Source: an uncultured Acidobacteriota bacterium
GTDB taxonomy: Bacteria; Acidobacteriota; Blastocatellia; RBC074
DNA: 64,000 nucleotides
Assembly (NCBI GenBank): GCA_963796275.1
Contig: CAWCKY010000006.1
Coordinates: forward strand, 704,001 to 768,000
Direction of reading: 5' to 3'
Part shown: positions 11,348 through 22,380 of the stretch, in pieces
Layout of the letters: each line of letters starts with the position of its first letter
Numbering within the stretch: position 1 is the stretch's first letter
Notes under the pieces: generated by a model
Told to the model about the DNA's origin: nothing
Database searches by the model: none
What the model saw: the letters and a program-made list of their open reading frames with translations, nothing else
Position numbers and translations under genes: made by a program

Positions 11348-11363
11348 TGCAATATCCGAGCCA
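11348..11363 (-). promoter_or_regulatory. Putative sigma-54 (-24/-12) promoter for lpxC
   Basis: Minus strand TGGCTCGGATATTGCA versus consensus TGGCACG-N4-TTGCW, 110 nt upstream of lpxC. Confidence 0.6.
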
Positions 11364-11472
11364 CCTCCCATTGAGACAATAAGTGCTTGTTACACAATGA
11401 TTATGATTATTGAGTTGCTAAGTGATGTGGTTCAGCGGCAACAAGGAGATCGGGGTATTGTTGCAAATCAGC

Positions 11473-11508
11473 AAAAATAGAGGCTGCGGATGGCGTCGAT
11501 CCGCAGCC
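11473..11508 (-). terminator. Intrinsic terminator after rpsU
   Basis: 10-bp stem ggctgcggat/atccgcagcc followed by tctattttt on minus strand. Confidence 0.7.
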
Positions 11509-11548
11509 GTGATTTGGGAAAAAATTGATTAAACGCAGGCGATTGTAA

Positions 11549-11746
11549 TCACTCAATCACTCGGCGGTATTTCTTGCGGTTGCGTTTACGTGCGAGCGCC
11601 GATTTGAGGCGGCGCTTTTCGCCAGGAGGAACATAGAAGGCGTGTCTCTTCACTTCGCGAATAATGTCTTCCTGTTGCACTTTACGCTTGAAGCGACGGA
11701 GAGCGCTTTCGAGCGTCTCGTTATCGCCAAGCTTGACTTCTGCCAC
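11549..11746 (-). CDS. rpsU: 30S ribosomal protein S21
   Basis: ESALRRFKRKV...Y.PPGEKRRLK. Confidence 0.97.
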   Translation of the reverse strand: MAEVKLGDNETLESALRRFKRKVQQEDIIREVKRHAFYVPPGEKRRLKSALARKRNRKKYRRVIE

Positions 11747-12022
11747 TCGGTAATCACCTGCCTTTCAATTACTGCAAAAGATATTCGCCTTGAGATGCTG
11801 ATGGGATTGGGATATGACGCCGTGAAGGGGTTGTCAGCAATCAAGAGAAGTACAAGAATAAACTTTCACCAGTGGTGGCTGCAAGTGGCGGGCGGGCTCC
11901 TTTCAAGTTTTTTTATTCAAGTGTAAATTTAGCGCTTCATTCAAGAAAAAGCGGCGAAGTGACTGGCGTGGAAAATTTCGCTGTGGGAAAACAATGAAGA
12001 GAAGTGGCGGCAGGAAAAATAG

Positions 12023-13291
12023 ATGAAGGTATTTGTCATCGGTTCGGGAGGACGCGAGCACGCGCTGGTGTGGGCGCTTCAACGCAGTCGGCAAGTGAAA
12101 CAGATTTATGCGGCGACAAGCAATGCGGGGGTGCAAAAACAGACGCTGCGAGCCGCTGTCGATCCGCAACAAACCGGCGCGTTCGCCGATTTCGCCGCGC
12201 GCGAAAAGATCGATCTCGTCGTCGTCGGTCCCGAACAGCCGCTCGTCGACGGCGTGGCTGATCTCTTATCAGACCGGGGAATAGCGGTGTTCGGGCCGTC
12301 CCGGGCAGCTTCCCGCCTGGAGGGCAGCAAAATATTCGCCAAAGAATTCATGTCGCGGCACGGCATACCGACGGCGCGATATCGCATCGTCGAGTCGCCG
12401 GAGGAAGGGCTTAAGACCATCAGCGACGGAACATTTCGGTTTCCCCTCGTGCTGAAGGCGGATGGGTTGGCGGCCGGCAAGGGCGTCATCATTGCCGAAG
12501 ATATAGAGCAGGCGCGGAGCGGGCTTCGGGAACTGCTGGTCGATCGTAAACTCGGCGATGCCGGCGCGCGCATCGTCATCGAAGAGCACCTGACGGGTCG
12601 CGAGCTCTCATATCTGGTCTTCAGCGACGGCGAGAGTTATGCTGCGATGCCGGTCGCGCAGGACCACAAACGGGCATTCGATGGGGATCGCGGCCCGAAT
12701 ACCGGAGGGATGGGGGCATTTTCGACTCCGCGCTTGCTCGATACCGGGCTCGAAATCCGCATCCGGCGCGAAATTGTCGAACCGACGCTGGGAGGCGCGC
12801 GAAGCTCGGGCTTCCCATTTCGCGGTGTGCTCTACTGCGGGCTGATGGTTACAGAAGATGGGCCGCGAGCGCTCGAATACAACGTGCGTTTCGGCGATCC
12901 GGAGACGCAGGCGATTTTGCGCAGGCTGGACGGCGATTTCGCCGAAATCGCCTGGAGCGTTGCGCGCGGAGAACTGCACCGCGTGAACCCGCGGTGGAGC
13001 GAGGAGTCGACGACCTGTGTGGTGATGGCTTCGGCGGGTTATCCCGGGGATTATCCGACAGGGAAGACCGTCACGGGGATCGATGATGCTGAAAAACTCG
13101 AAGGGGTCGTCGTCTTTCACGCGGGCACCAGGCTAACCGATACAGGCGCTGTCGAAACGGCCGGTGGGCGAGTGCTCGGCGTTACCGCGCGTGCGGCAAC
13201 GCTTGAACGGGCAACAGCACAAGTTTACGACGCCCTGAGTCGTATCCATTTCGATGGAATGTATTACAGGCGGGATATCGGAACAAAATAG
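12023..13291 (+). CDS. purD: Phosphoribosylamine-glycine ligase
   Basis: GSGGREHAL, VGPE, KADGLAAGKGV, QDHKR, GPNTGGMG, RFGDPE. Confidence 0.98.
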   Translation: MKVFVIGSGGREHALVWALQRSRQVKQIYAATSNAGVQKQTLRAAVDPQQTGAFADFAAREKIDLVVVGPEQPLVDGVADLLSDRGIAVFGPSRAASRLEGSKIFAKEFMSRHGIPTARYRIVESPEEGLKTISDGTFRFPLVLKADGLAAGKGVIIAEDIEQARSGLRELLVDRKLGDAGARIVIEEHLTGRELSYLVFSDGESYAAMPVAQDHKRAFDGDRGPNTGGMGAFSTPRLLDTGLEIRIRREIVEPTLGGARSSGFPFRGVLYCGLMVTEDGPRALEYNVRFGDPETQAILRRLDGDFAEIAWSVARGELHRVNPRWSEESTTCVVMASAGYPGDYPTGKTVTGIDDAEKLEGVVVFHAGTRLTDTGAVETAGGRVLGVTARAATLERATAQVYDALSRIHFDGMYYRRDIGTK

Positions 13292-13503
13292 TTTTTAGTT
13301 TAGTTTTGCTACGGAAGACTATTGGTATTACGGTCGACTGAAAAACTGAAAACTAAAAACTGAGAACTGAATTGCTCAGCCTCTTCGCCGCGTTAGCGGC
13401 GAAGAGGCTGAGCAGTTACTTTAGTTTTTAGTTTTTAGTTGAGGTCTTGATCGGTAACTAAAAACTAAAAACTAAAAACTAATAACTAATAACTAATAAC
13501 TGA
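13289..13503. repeat. Two inverted heptamer modules (TAGTTTT)n/(AAAACTR)n flanking a perfect 19-bp-stem palindrome
   Basis: tgctcagcctcttcgccgc-gtta-gcggcgaagaggctgagca at 13373-13414 between heptamer arrays. Confidence 0.9.
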
Positions 13504-13521
13504 TTCCTAAGGAGAAATGAT

Positions 13522-14322
13522 ATGGCAACAAAACAGGCGGATGCCTCAATGATAACGCCGTCCCAGCCCTTCCGAATGCCTACACCGCCGGCTTTCGCGA
13601 ACGTTTCGGAGGAGCGGCTGCACCGCAAGCAGCGGATGGCGGCTGCATTCCGCCTCTTCGCAAAATTCGGTTTCGATGAAGGGGTTGCCGGTCACATCAC
13701 TGCTCGGGACCCCGAAAAACCCGATCATTTCTGGGTCAATCCGTTCGGGATGGACTTCAGCCGGATCCGCGTCTCCGATCTCATTCTCGTAAATCACAAA
13801 GGCGAGGTCGTCGAAGGCGATTGTCCCGTCAATACGGCTGCCTTTGCCATCCACTCGTCGGTCCATGCGGCGCGGCCCGATTGTGTCGCAGCGGCTCACG
13901 CGCACTCCATGTACGGAAAAGCCTGGTCTGCGCTCGGACGGCTGCTCGAGCCGATAACGCAGGACGCCTGCGCTTTCTATGAAGATCACTCTGTCTTCCA
14001 CGATTATACGGGTGTCGTCTACGATCCGGCGGAGGGACGGCGTATCGCAGATGCGCTCGGAGGCGGCAAAGCCGTCATATTGCGAAATCACGGATTGCTG
14101 ACGGTCGGTAAATCCGTCGACGAAGCGGCGTGGTGGTTCATCACGATGGAGCGCAGTTGTCACGCGCAACTCCTCGTTGAGGCTGCCGGCGAGCCCCAGC
14201 TGATCAGCCACGAAAACGCCAAGCTCACGTCTTTGCAAGTGGGATCGACCATCGCCGGCTGGTTCCAATTCCAACCGCTCTGGGATCGAATTACAAAGGA
14301 GCAACCGGATTTGTTCGAGTGA
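13522..14322 (+). CDS. Class II aldolase/adducin family protein
   Basis: AGHITARDP, AFAIHS, AAHAHS, ILRNHG; AAGGAG RBS. Confidence 0.93.
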   Translation: MATKQADASMITPSQPFRMPTPPAFANVSEERLHRKQRMAAAFRLFAKFGFDEGVAGHITARDPEKPDHFWVNPFGMDFSRIRVSDLILVNHKGEVVEGDCPVNTAAFAIHSSVHAARPDCVAAAHAHSMYGKAWSALGRLLEPITQDACAFYEDHSVFHDYTGVVYDPAEGRRIADALGGGKAVILRNHGLLTVGKSVDEAAWWFITMERSCHAQLLVEAAGEPQLISHENAKLTSLQVGSTIAGWFQFQPLWDRITKEQPDLFE

Positions 14323-15192
14323 TCAGGCGGCTTCTTTTATGACCACATCGCCCCCCGCCGTCTTTTTCGGCCAATCGATGAGACGGATATTTTTGGCGAG
14401 GCCCAGTTTTTTCAGCACCCAGATGCCGTACCAGTTGATGTCGACCTCGTACCAGACCAGACCGTGGCGCGCCGCGGCCGGGTGCGCGTGATGGTTGTTA
14501 TGCCAGCCCTCGCCGAAGCTTATCAGCGCGACCCACCAGTTGTTGCGCGAATCGTCGCGCGTCTCAAATCGCCGGCTTCCCCAGTAATGAGCGGCCGAAT
14601 TGACGAACCATGTCGCGTGCCACATAAAGACGATCCGTACGAAGACGCCCCATAAAACGAAGCTCCAGCCGCCGATCAGTAATAAAATGGCGCCCAGCGC
14701 AACCACGGTCATGAAATGCCAGCGCGATAGCCAGATATAAAATCGATCTTTCGCCAGGTCTGTCACGTAGCGTGTGAGATGTTCGACTTCGCGATGCAGC
14801 GAATCACCGTTGAGCATCCAACCCATATGTGACCACCATAACCCGTCGCGCGGCGTATGCGGGTCGCCCTCCCGCTCCGTGTGCGCGTGATGAAGCCGGT
14901 GCATCGCAACCCAGGCGATCGGACCGCCCTGAAGTGAGAGCGTGCCACAGATCGCCAGAAAATATTCGAGCCATTTGGGAGTCTTCATACCTCGATGTGT
15001 CAGGAGTCTATGATAGCCGATGCCTATCCCCAGGCTTCCTCCGATCCACATTATGAAGATCGCTGTGGCCAGTGCCGTCCAACTGAAATTGAAAAGCGCG
15101 ATGACGGCACACGCGTGAAAGATGAACATGAAGATCATTGAAGACCAGTTGATCCCTCCACTGCGATGTTTAAAGGTATCTTCGTTTTGCAT
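14323..15192 (-). CDS. Delta-9 type membrane fatty acid desaturase
   Basis: His boxes HRLLTH, HRLHH, HNNHH; GEGWHNN. Confidence 0.95.
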   Translation of the reverse strand: MQNEDTFKHRSGGINWSSMIFMFIFHACAVIALFNFSWTALATAIFIMWIGGSLGIGIGYHRLLTHRGMKTPKWLEYFLAICGTLSLQGGPIAWVAMHRLHHAHTEREGDPHTPRDGLWWSHMGWMLNGDSLHREVEHLTRYVTDLAKDRFYIWLSRWHFMTVVALGAILLLIGGWSFVLWGVFVRIVFMWHATWFVNSAAHYWGSRRFETRDDSRNNWWVALISFGEGWHNNHHAHPAAARHGLVWYEVDINWYGIWVLKKLGLAKNIRLIDWPKKTAGGDVVIKEAA

Positions 15193-15665
15193 TCTTCTCC
15201 TCAGGTAATGGTTTTCTGTCGGTTAGATCGGATAGCTTACCCCGGCAACTGAAAACCATTTTTTGTTTCGAGCGTTTCAAGCGCGCCACACGAGCGACAT
15301 GAGTTTTCTGAATTTAGACACTAATGCTCGGGATTTTTGCGATTTGAGCTGAATCTTAACAACCCCGTAAATCCTGTCTAAAGTTAATCGTTGATAATTT
15401 CGTCTTTAGTTCTTTCGAAATAGAGGGAGATAGAATCCTAACAGGCTATGGGAATTTTGTGTGTAATAGTTGTGTAATCTTTGTCATTGTGGATATCCAC
15501 AGACGAATGACGCGGTAACCCTGTAATCAAGCAGAAGGAAGACGCCTCACGCAGCTAAATTAAAGATGGGAAGATACGGATAAATCATTTGCCTCCGCAC
15601 TGTTATGGCTTCTAGTATAGGCGGGCCATCGCAGCGGACCGGTTAAGTCAATGTAATACTTTCTG

Positions 15666-16571
15666 GTGAATTCAGTGAAGGGACGCGAAAAGCAAAATAA
15701 AAAGTTTCAAAAATTACGTGATAAATACTTTTGTAACATATTACATGAATCTCACATTCACTCGATCAGAGGATTCGGAACGCTATCCATAGCTCTCAGC
15801 ATTATTCTATTCAGCACATTCATGTCTGGTTGTTGGAAATCGTCCGAGGCCAGGATTGAGAAGATAAAAAAAAATACCTCATCCCTGGCAAGTTCTGACG
15901 GTGATAGCGATGGGATTCCCGATGCGGCGGAGTTGCTCACATATGACGATCGCGCGAGTTTCCGGAGCTGGTTCACCAGCATCGCCGAAATGCAATTTTA
16001 CCAAGTGAGCGATGCATGGACCGAAGAACAGCGCGATTGCGCCGGTCTGGTAAGATTCGCCTGGCGCGAGGCATTACGGCGGCACGACAGGCTCTGGTTT
16101 CAGGCGATGGGTGAAGGTTATGAAGCTGTCGCGCCCGATGTGCGCGCTTACACGCTCGACCGCTGCCCGCTCGGCGAAAAACTATTTCGCATCGATTTCG
16201 GATCATATGCGGAGAACGATACGAGATTCTCCGAGTTCGCCGACGCTCGCACGCTGAAAAACCATAACACCGTATTTATCGGCCGTGATCCTCGGAGAGC
16301 GCAGACCGGTGATCTGCTCTTCTTTCATCAACCGTGGGTGCAGAAGTTCCCCTATCACGTCATGATCTATCTGGGGGCTGCGCGCCATGCATCTGAGGGC
16401 GCTACCGATTGGATCGTCTATCACACCGGTTCCTCAAACACGCCTGGAGACGAAGGGGAGGTGAAGAAGGTGAGACTTTCCGCGTTAAATCGCCATCCTG
16501 ACAAACGTTGGAGGCCGGTTGAAAAAAATCGCAACTTCCTGGGTATCTATCGCCTCAAGATTTTGGAGTGA
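15666..16571 (+). CDS. DUF1175 (YfaT-like) lipoprotein; start uncertain
   Basis: QRDCAGLVRFAWREAL, GDLLFF, HVMIY, YHTG, W.P...N.NFLG.YR; lipobox-like MSGC; precedes alpha-2-macroglobulin. Confidence 0.85.
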   Translation: MNSVKGREKQNKKFQKLRDKYFCNILHESHIHSIRGFGTLSIALSIILFSTFMSGCWKSSEARIEKIKKNTSSLASSDGDSDGIPDAAELLTYDDRASFRSWFTSIAEMQFYQVSDAWTEEQRDCAGLVRFAWREALRRHDRLWFQAMGEGYEAVAPDVRAYTLDRCPLGEKLFRIDFGSYAENDTRFSEFADARTLKNHNTVFIGRDPRRAQTGDLLFFHQPWVQKFPYHVMIYLGAARHASEGATDWIVYHTGSSNTPGDEGEVKKVRLSALNRHPDKRWRPVEKNRNFLGIYRLKILE

Positions 16572-16635
16572 ATAATGAACTGCAACTGTCTATTGCTCAA
16601 TTTCCAAGTGAGGCTTCGCAAGGAGGGAATCAAAC

Positions 16636-19600
16636 GTGTTTCAAACTAACTCTCATTTCCTCTCCCCCCGTTTTCTCCGTAGTTTGTCTTCTCTGATCGC
16701 GTATCTGCTCATCTTTGTGGCAACCGGCACTCTGGCGACAGTTCGGATGCGGGCGCAGGAGCAGCAACCCGCCCGAGCCGTCGCCTCGCCGCAGCCGGTC
16801 CCCGCTGTGAAGCCGCGATTCTCTCTCTGACCAACCGCACCTATTCATCTGATGAGAAGGCGCATCTTTACGTATCTTATCAGGGAATAAATTCTCTGGA
16901 TTTCCGCCTCTACCAGGTCAACGACCCGTTCAAGTTTTTCAGACAGCTCAATAATCCACATCAGATGGGCGAACAGGACCGGGAAGGCGTTGCCGCGATC
17001 GCGGCGGCGATAGATCGCGAACCATCGATGCTGGAGCGGGTGCGCTGGTTCAAGCGATCGGTTCACTCCACGGTCAAGAACTATTTCCGCAGCCAGCTCC
17101 GCACCGAAGCCCGGGTGGCCTTCAACGGCCGCTTCCGCTCCGGCGATTCGTTGCCGCTCGATTATGCCGAGTACGCCAGCTTGCCGTTTCTCAATCAGGA
17201 TCAACTTAGAGCGCGCTGGCGCCAGACGCTGCCCGATCTCGCGAATGAATACGACACCCGGGTAATAACGCTCGATCAACGCGAGCCGGGCGTTTATCTG
17301 GTCGAAGCGGTGAACGGCAATCTGCGGGCGTATACCCTTGCGGTCGTAACCGATCTGACGATGATCACCAAGACCTCCAAAGACGGCGAATTGATCGTTT
17401 TTGCGGTCGACCGCGAATCGGGAGTCCCGCGGAGAGGCGTCAAGGTGCAGGTCGTCAGAAATGCGAGGGTGCTCGCGCAAGGGTCGACCGATCGAGCCGG
17501 GCTTCTTCGCACTAGCATTCCCAAAGACTCGAAGCAATCGACTCCAGGGGTCCGGAATGATGACCGGAGAGGCACCGCCGGAACGGAAGATAATCTCATC
17601 ATGGCACGGGGCGAAGGCGGGTTCGCAATCTCCGACATCAGTCAATACTACTTCGGATGGAATGAAGATTACGAAGAGAGGTATTCACAGAATTCAGCAT
17701 ATTACATTTATACGGAGCGACCGATCTATCGCCCCGCGCAGAAAGTCTATTTCAAGGGCATAGTTCGGCGCATGGGAGAGGACGGTTATAAAAAATTCGA
17801 TGCGAGCGCCGTCGATGTCTCTATCACCGATCCGGAGGGAAATAAAATATTCGATGGAGAAATGCCGCTCACTCAGCGCGGCACTTTCAACGGCTCGATC
17901 GACATCGCCGCCGGGGCTCCCCTCGGAAGTTACGACATCGTTGTCAAAATCAATGCCGTAACGGTTGCGACCGGGAACTTCGCGGTAGCTGAATATAAAA
18001 AGCCGGAGTACAAGGTCAAAGTCTCGACACCTAAGCCCTATGTTCCGGTAGGGGAGAAGACCAAATTTACCATCGAGGCGAAGTACTTTTTCGGTGAACC
18101 GGTCAAGAATGCCGATGTGACTTACTACATCTATCGCTCACGTTATTACAACCGGTGGTGGAGCGACGGCGAAGATGACGGCATCGGCGCAAGCAACGAG
18201 ATGGATGAAGGGGACGGTGGAGATTACGGGTACGGCAACGATCTGGTGAATCAAGGGGAGGGCAGACTCGGAGCCGACGGCCGGATGGAGATCGAGTTCA
18301 AGGTACCACAATCGGATCCCGAATCCCGATGGGACTACGCCTATCGGCTGGAAGCTCAGGTGACCGATTCGGCGCGAAGAACGATCGATGGCAAAGCAAG
18401 TTTCGTTGGGACGCGCGGCAACATCGTCGCCAATGCCACCCTGGAAAAATATGTCTACAACCAGAACGACAACGCGCGGATCAAAATCAAGACGGCAGAT
18501 TATGAAGGTCGCCCCGTCAGGGCGAAAGTCACGCTCAAATTCGAATCGGTGAAGTACGAACAAAGGAATAAAGAAGCAAATAACTACGACTACGTACAGA
18601 TCAAAACGGCTCTATCTTCGGCAGACGTCACGACCAATACGGAGGGCGAAGCCGCTTACGACTACAAAGTGCCCGTCGTCGGTTCAATCTACATCAGCAC
18701 CATCGTCGATGAGGGTGGAAAGAAAATCTTTTCGAATAGCGATTTCATTTATGTCACCGACAGCAACAACGGGTGGGCGGATACGGCAGCGGTTAATTAC
18801 AACTCGGTCAAAATAATCACGGACAAGAAGAGCTACAGGATCGGCGAAAAGGCGCGCATGCTGGTGATGCTCCCGACAGACAAGGCTCACCTGCTCGTCA
18901 CCGCCGAGCTCGCGAAAGTGATGGAGGCCAGGCATATTTTTGCTGAAGGGCGTGCAGTCAGCTTCGATCTGGAGATCAAAGAGAGCTATTCGCCCAATTT
19001 TTACCTGAATATCGCCTACGTTAAGGACGGTGAGTTGCACGACCACAGTAAAAGCATCGTGGTCCCGGCGCGCGACAAGTTCTTGCAGATCGAGGTCCTG
19101 CCCGATAAGAAACAATATAAGCCGCGCGATCCGGCATCCTACACGATCATTGCCCGCAAAGCAGATGGGTCGCCCGCCCCGGGGGTAGAAGTGAGCCTGG
19201 GTGTCGTCGACGAGGCGATTTACAGCATACGCCAGGATACTTCGGGCGACATCCGCCGGGCATTTTACGGTACGCGCTATAACAACGTCTTGACGGGTTA
19301 CTCCAGCCAGTACAATTTCACCGGTTATTCTGGCAATAAGGCAATGGAACTTGCACAGAAAAAGCGGTCGTATCAGCTCGCCGATTTCAAGGATGATAGT
19401 CAGTATGCCGAACCGACAATCCGCAAGGATTTTAGGGACACGGCGTTCTGGCAGCCCGGGGCGGTGACCGGGGATGACGGGAAAGCCACGGTGAAGTTCA
19501 ACCTCCCGGATAATCTGACGACCTGGCGCGCGACCGCACGGGCCGTCAGCGCGGATTTGAAGGTGGGGTCGAAAGTAGACCTGGTGCTCTCGCGCAAAGA

Positions 19601-21533
19601 TTTAATCCTTCGCCTGGAGACTCCGCGCTTTATGACCGAAGGCGATGTCGTCACGATCTCCGGAATCGTACACAACTATCTCGATGCTGATAAATCCACG
19701 CAGATCGAATTGAATGTCACCGGCGCCAATCTGCTCGACCCCGCTCAACAGACGGTGACTATAACGAGACAGGGAGAGCACCGTATCGACTGGCGCGTCT
19801 CGGCTACCCAGGCCGGCGAAGTGAAATTGCTGGCGAAGGCGAAAACCAGCACCGAATCCGACGGCATCGAACTGCCGCTGGCGGTTGTACCCTCCGGATT
19901 GAAGCGGACTCTGGGGAGCGCGGCGGCGATTTCTAAGGAGGACGACGAACAGACTTTCTCGCTCGATCTCCCGGCCGATTCAAATACACAGGCGCGGACG
20001 CTGCGTATCGAGGCCGCGCCATCGATCGCCGGGTCGCTCTTCGGCGCACTCGATTACCTGACAGGATATCCTTACGGATGCACGGAGCAGACTATGTCGA
20101 GTTTCTTGCCGAACGTCATCGTCGCGCAGACATTGAAAGACGTGAAGTCGGCTTCGATCCGCGCGACCAACGATCTGCCGAAGAAAGTCCAACGAGGTCT
20201 CGAGCGGCTCTACGACTATCAGCATTCCGACGGAGGCTGGGGCTGGTGGAAGGATGACAAGACCGATCCGTTCATGACCGCATATGTTGTCGACGGACTG
20301 ATCATGGCTCGCCGGGCAGGTTTCCAGATCGAGGACTATCGCTTAAAAAACGCCCGCGAGAAGCTCAAACAAATGCTCGATGCGGGAAAATTGGAGGACG
20401 GTAAAGCGATCGATCCAGAATCGCGCGCTTATCTCGTCTACGCGTACGGCCTCAGCGGGGACGCGGATGCGCGCTATGTCAACCAACTGTTTGAGAAGCG
20501 CGGCGAGCTGCAGCCGTATGGCAGAGCGCTCCTTGCACTGTCGCTCAAGCTGCGAGGGGATCAAACCAGGGCGATGAAAGTCGTCGGCGAACTCGAGCGT
20601 TCCGCCAGTGCCACAATATTCGATGCGCACTGGGAATCGAAGAGGCGCCCGATGCTCGATTTCATGGAGGAGGCCGACGTCGAGGCGACGGCCCTTGCCA
20701 TCAAGGCCCTCGCAACGATCAATCCGGACAGCGATCTGCTGCCGAAGGCGGCGCGCTGGATGGTCGCCAATCGACGCAACGGTTATTACTGGGATTCGAC
20801 CAAGCACACGGCCTTTGCGATTTACGGTCTGACCGATTACGTCAAGGTGAGCAAGGAGCTGGCGGCGGACTACACGGTCGAGGTTTATCTCAACGACGAA
20901 CAGGTCCTCGCCAAACGGGTCACCGCTGCGGAAGCGGCGGGCGGGCAGACGTTCGTTTATGAGCGAAACGGCGCGGCATTGGGAGGTACGAACAGGCTTA
21001 AAGTCGTGAAGCGCGGGAAGGGCGTACTCTATGCCTCGTCGACGCTCGAGTACTACACCAGCGGCGACAACATCGCGGCGCAGTCAACGCCGAGCCTGAG
21101 CATGACGCGCGAGTATCTACGATTGGCGGTTGACGATGAAGCGGGAAAGTGGTCGATCGGGCCGCTCGAGGGACCATTGCGGTCGGGAGATTTGATCGTC
21201 GCGCGCTTGAAGATCAAGGGCGCGCGCGGTCAATACATTATGATCGAAGATCCGATTCCCGCCGGATGCGAGCAGGTCGAGCGGGTCAGCGGGATCGATC
21301 TCAACAATACCGACGACCGATGGTCTGACTGGTATAGCAGGCGCGAATTCCGCGATCAGCGGACGGTATTCTTCCTCGATTATTTCGACGGCGATACGAC
21401 TTTCCAGTATGCGATGCGCGTTCAGGTGCCGGGCGAATTCAAGGTGGCTCCGGCCCGCGCCGAGTTGATGTATCAGCCGGCGGTCCAGGCCAATACGGCT
21501 AATATGAAAATGAACATCTTGGATAAAAGATGA
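16636..21533 (+). CDS. Bacterial alpha-2-macroglobulin (YfaS-like), frameshifted near 16821-16830
   Basis: AGGAGG + GTG 16636 gives a signal peptide ending KPRFSL*; the main frame is open from the same spot (SLTNRTY...). YTERPIYRP, EYKKP, R.DFRDTAFW, LPDNLTTWR, thioester motif YGCTEQ. Confidence 0.92.
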
Positions 21534-21561
21534 ACTCCGGGAGGGGCCCACAGGTATACCT

Positions 21562-22380
21562 ATGATAAAAGATGTCTTTGCATCGATCTGGGCGGCGGCG
21601 CGCAAGATAATTACCAACTGGGGCGCATTATTAATTTCGTTTCTCCTCTATGCGGCCTTGCAAAGCGTGCTTTATCTGCTCATCACGACGCGCGAAGCGA
21701 CGCTGCTCCAAATATTATTGACTTTCGCTCTGCCGCTGGTCGCGCTCATCCTATTTTTCACACTTCAGGCGTTGGGGCTGAGTTATATACGAATCGGAGT
21801 CGGACCCGGGTACCTGCTGAAGCGCGCATTGAAGGACTGCTGGAAGCTGTTGTTAATGAGCGTTCCCCTGATATTGCTAGCTTGGCTGATCATTTACTCA
21901 ATCGGTACAACCGAAAACCGTCTATTGAATCAGATCTCCGACGCCGCCCAGGCATCGGGGAGGTGGAAGTTGACGGCACTCAACTGGGCTCGCATGTTCC
22001 TGCTCTATTTCGCGCTACCCCTGATCGCGATTCATCTATGGATATCGACACTGCACGAAGGTGTCGGCGCCGCCATCAAAAGCATCGGGCGCAGCGTCGC
22101 TCGCGCATTCTCGCCGCGATCAATGTTAATTTACCTGCTGGTCGTCGCAGTATTCGGTGCCATATCATATTTCCTGTTCTTCACCAAAACGCCGGTTGCC
22201 AATCAATGGGCGGAGTTGTGGTTGTTCGGCACGCGATTGGCCATGGCATTGGTATCCGTATTTCTGGGATGGCTGCTCACTCTGGGATCGCTGGCGGAGT
22301 TGACGGCCCATTGGGCAATGAGCGAATTGGAATCCGTGCCGCGAGCAGTAACCGGCGAGTCTTCAGCGTCGACCGAATAA
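21562..22380 (+). CDS. Multi-pass membrane protein of unknown function
   Basis: About six hydrophobic helices; stop overlaps next ATG (TAATG). Confidence 0.8.
   Translation: MIKDVFASIWAAARKIITNWGALLISFLLYAALQSVLYLLITTREATLLQILLTFALPLVALILFFTLQALGLSYIRIGVGPGYLLKRALKDCWKLLLMSVPLILLAWLIIYSIGTTENRLLNQISDAAQASGRWKLTALNWARMFLLYFALPLIAIHLWISTLHEGVGAAIKSIGRSVARAFSPRSMLIYLLVVAVFGAISYFLFFTKTPVANQWAELWLFGTRLAMALVSVFLGWLLTLGSLAELTAHWAMSELESVPRAVTGESSASTE

Noticed and set aside
21882-22379. Track N-terminal extension of the transpeptidase-SpoIID ORF
   Set aside because: Overlaps the membrane protein gene in another frame; coupled ATG 22380 followed by a lipoprotein signal is the better start
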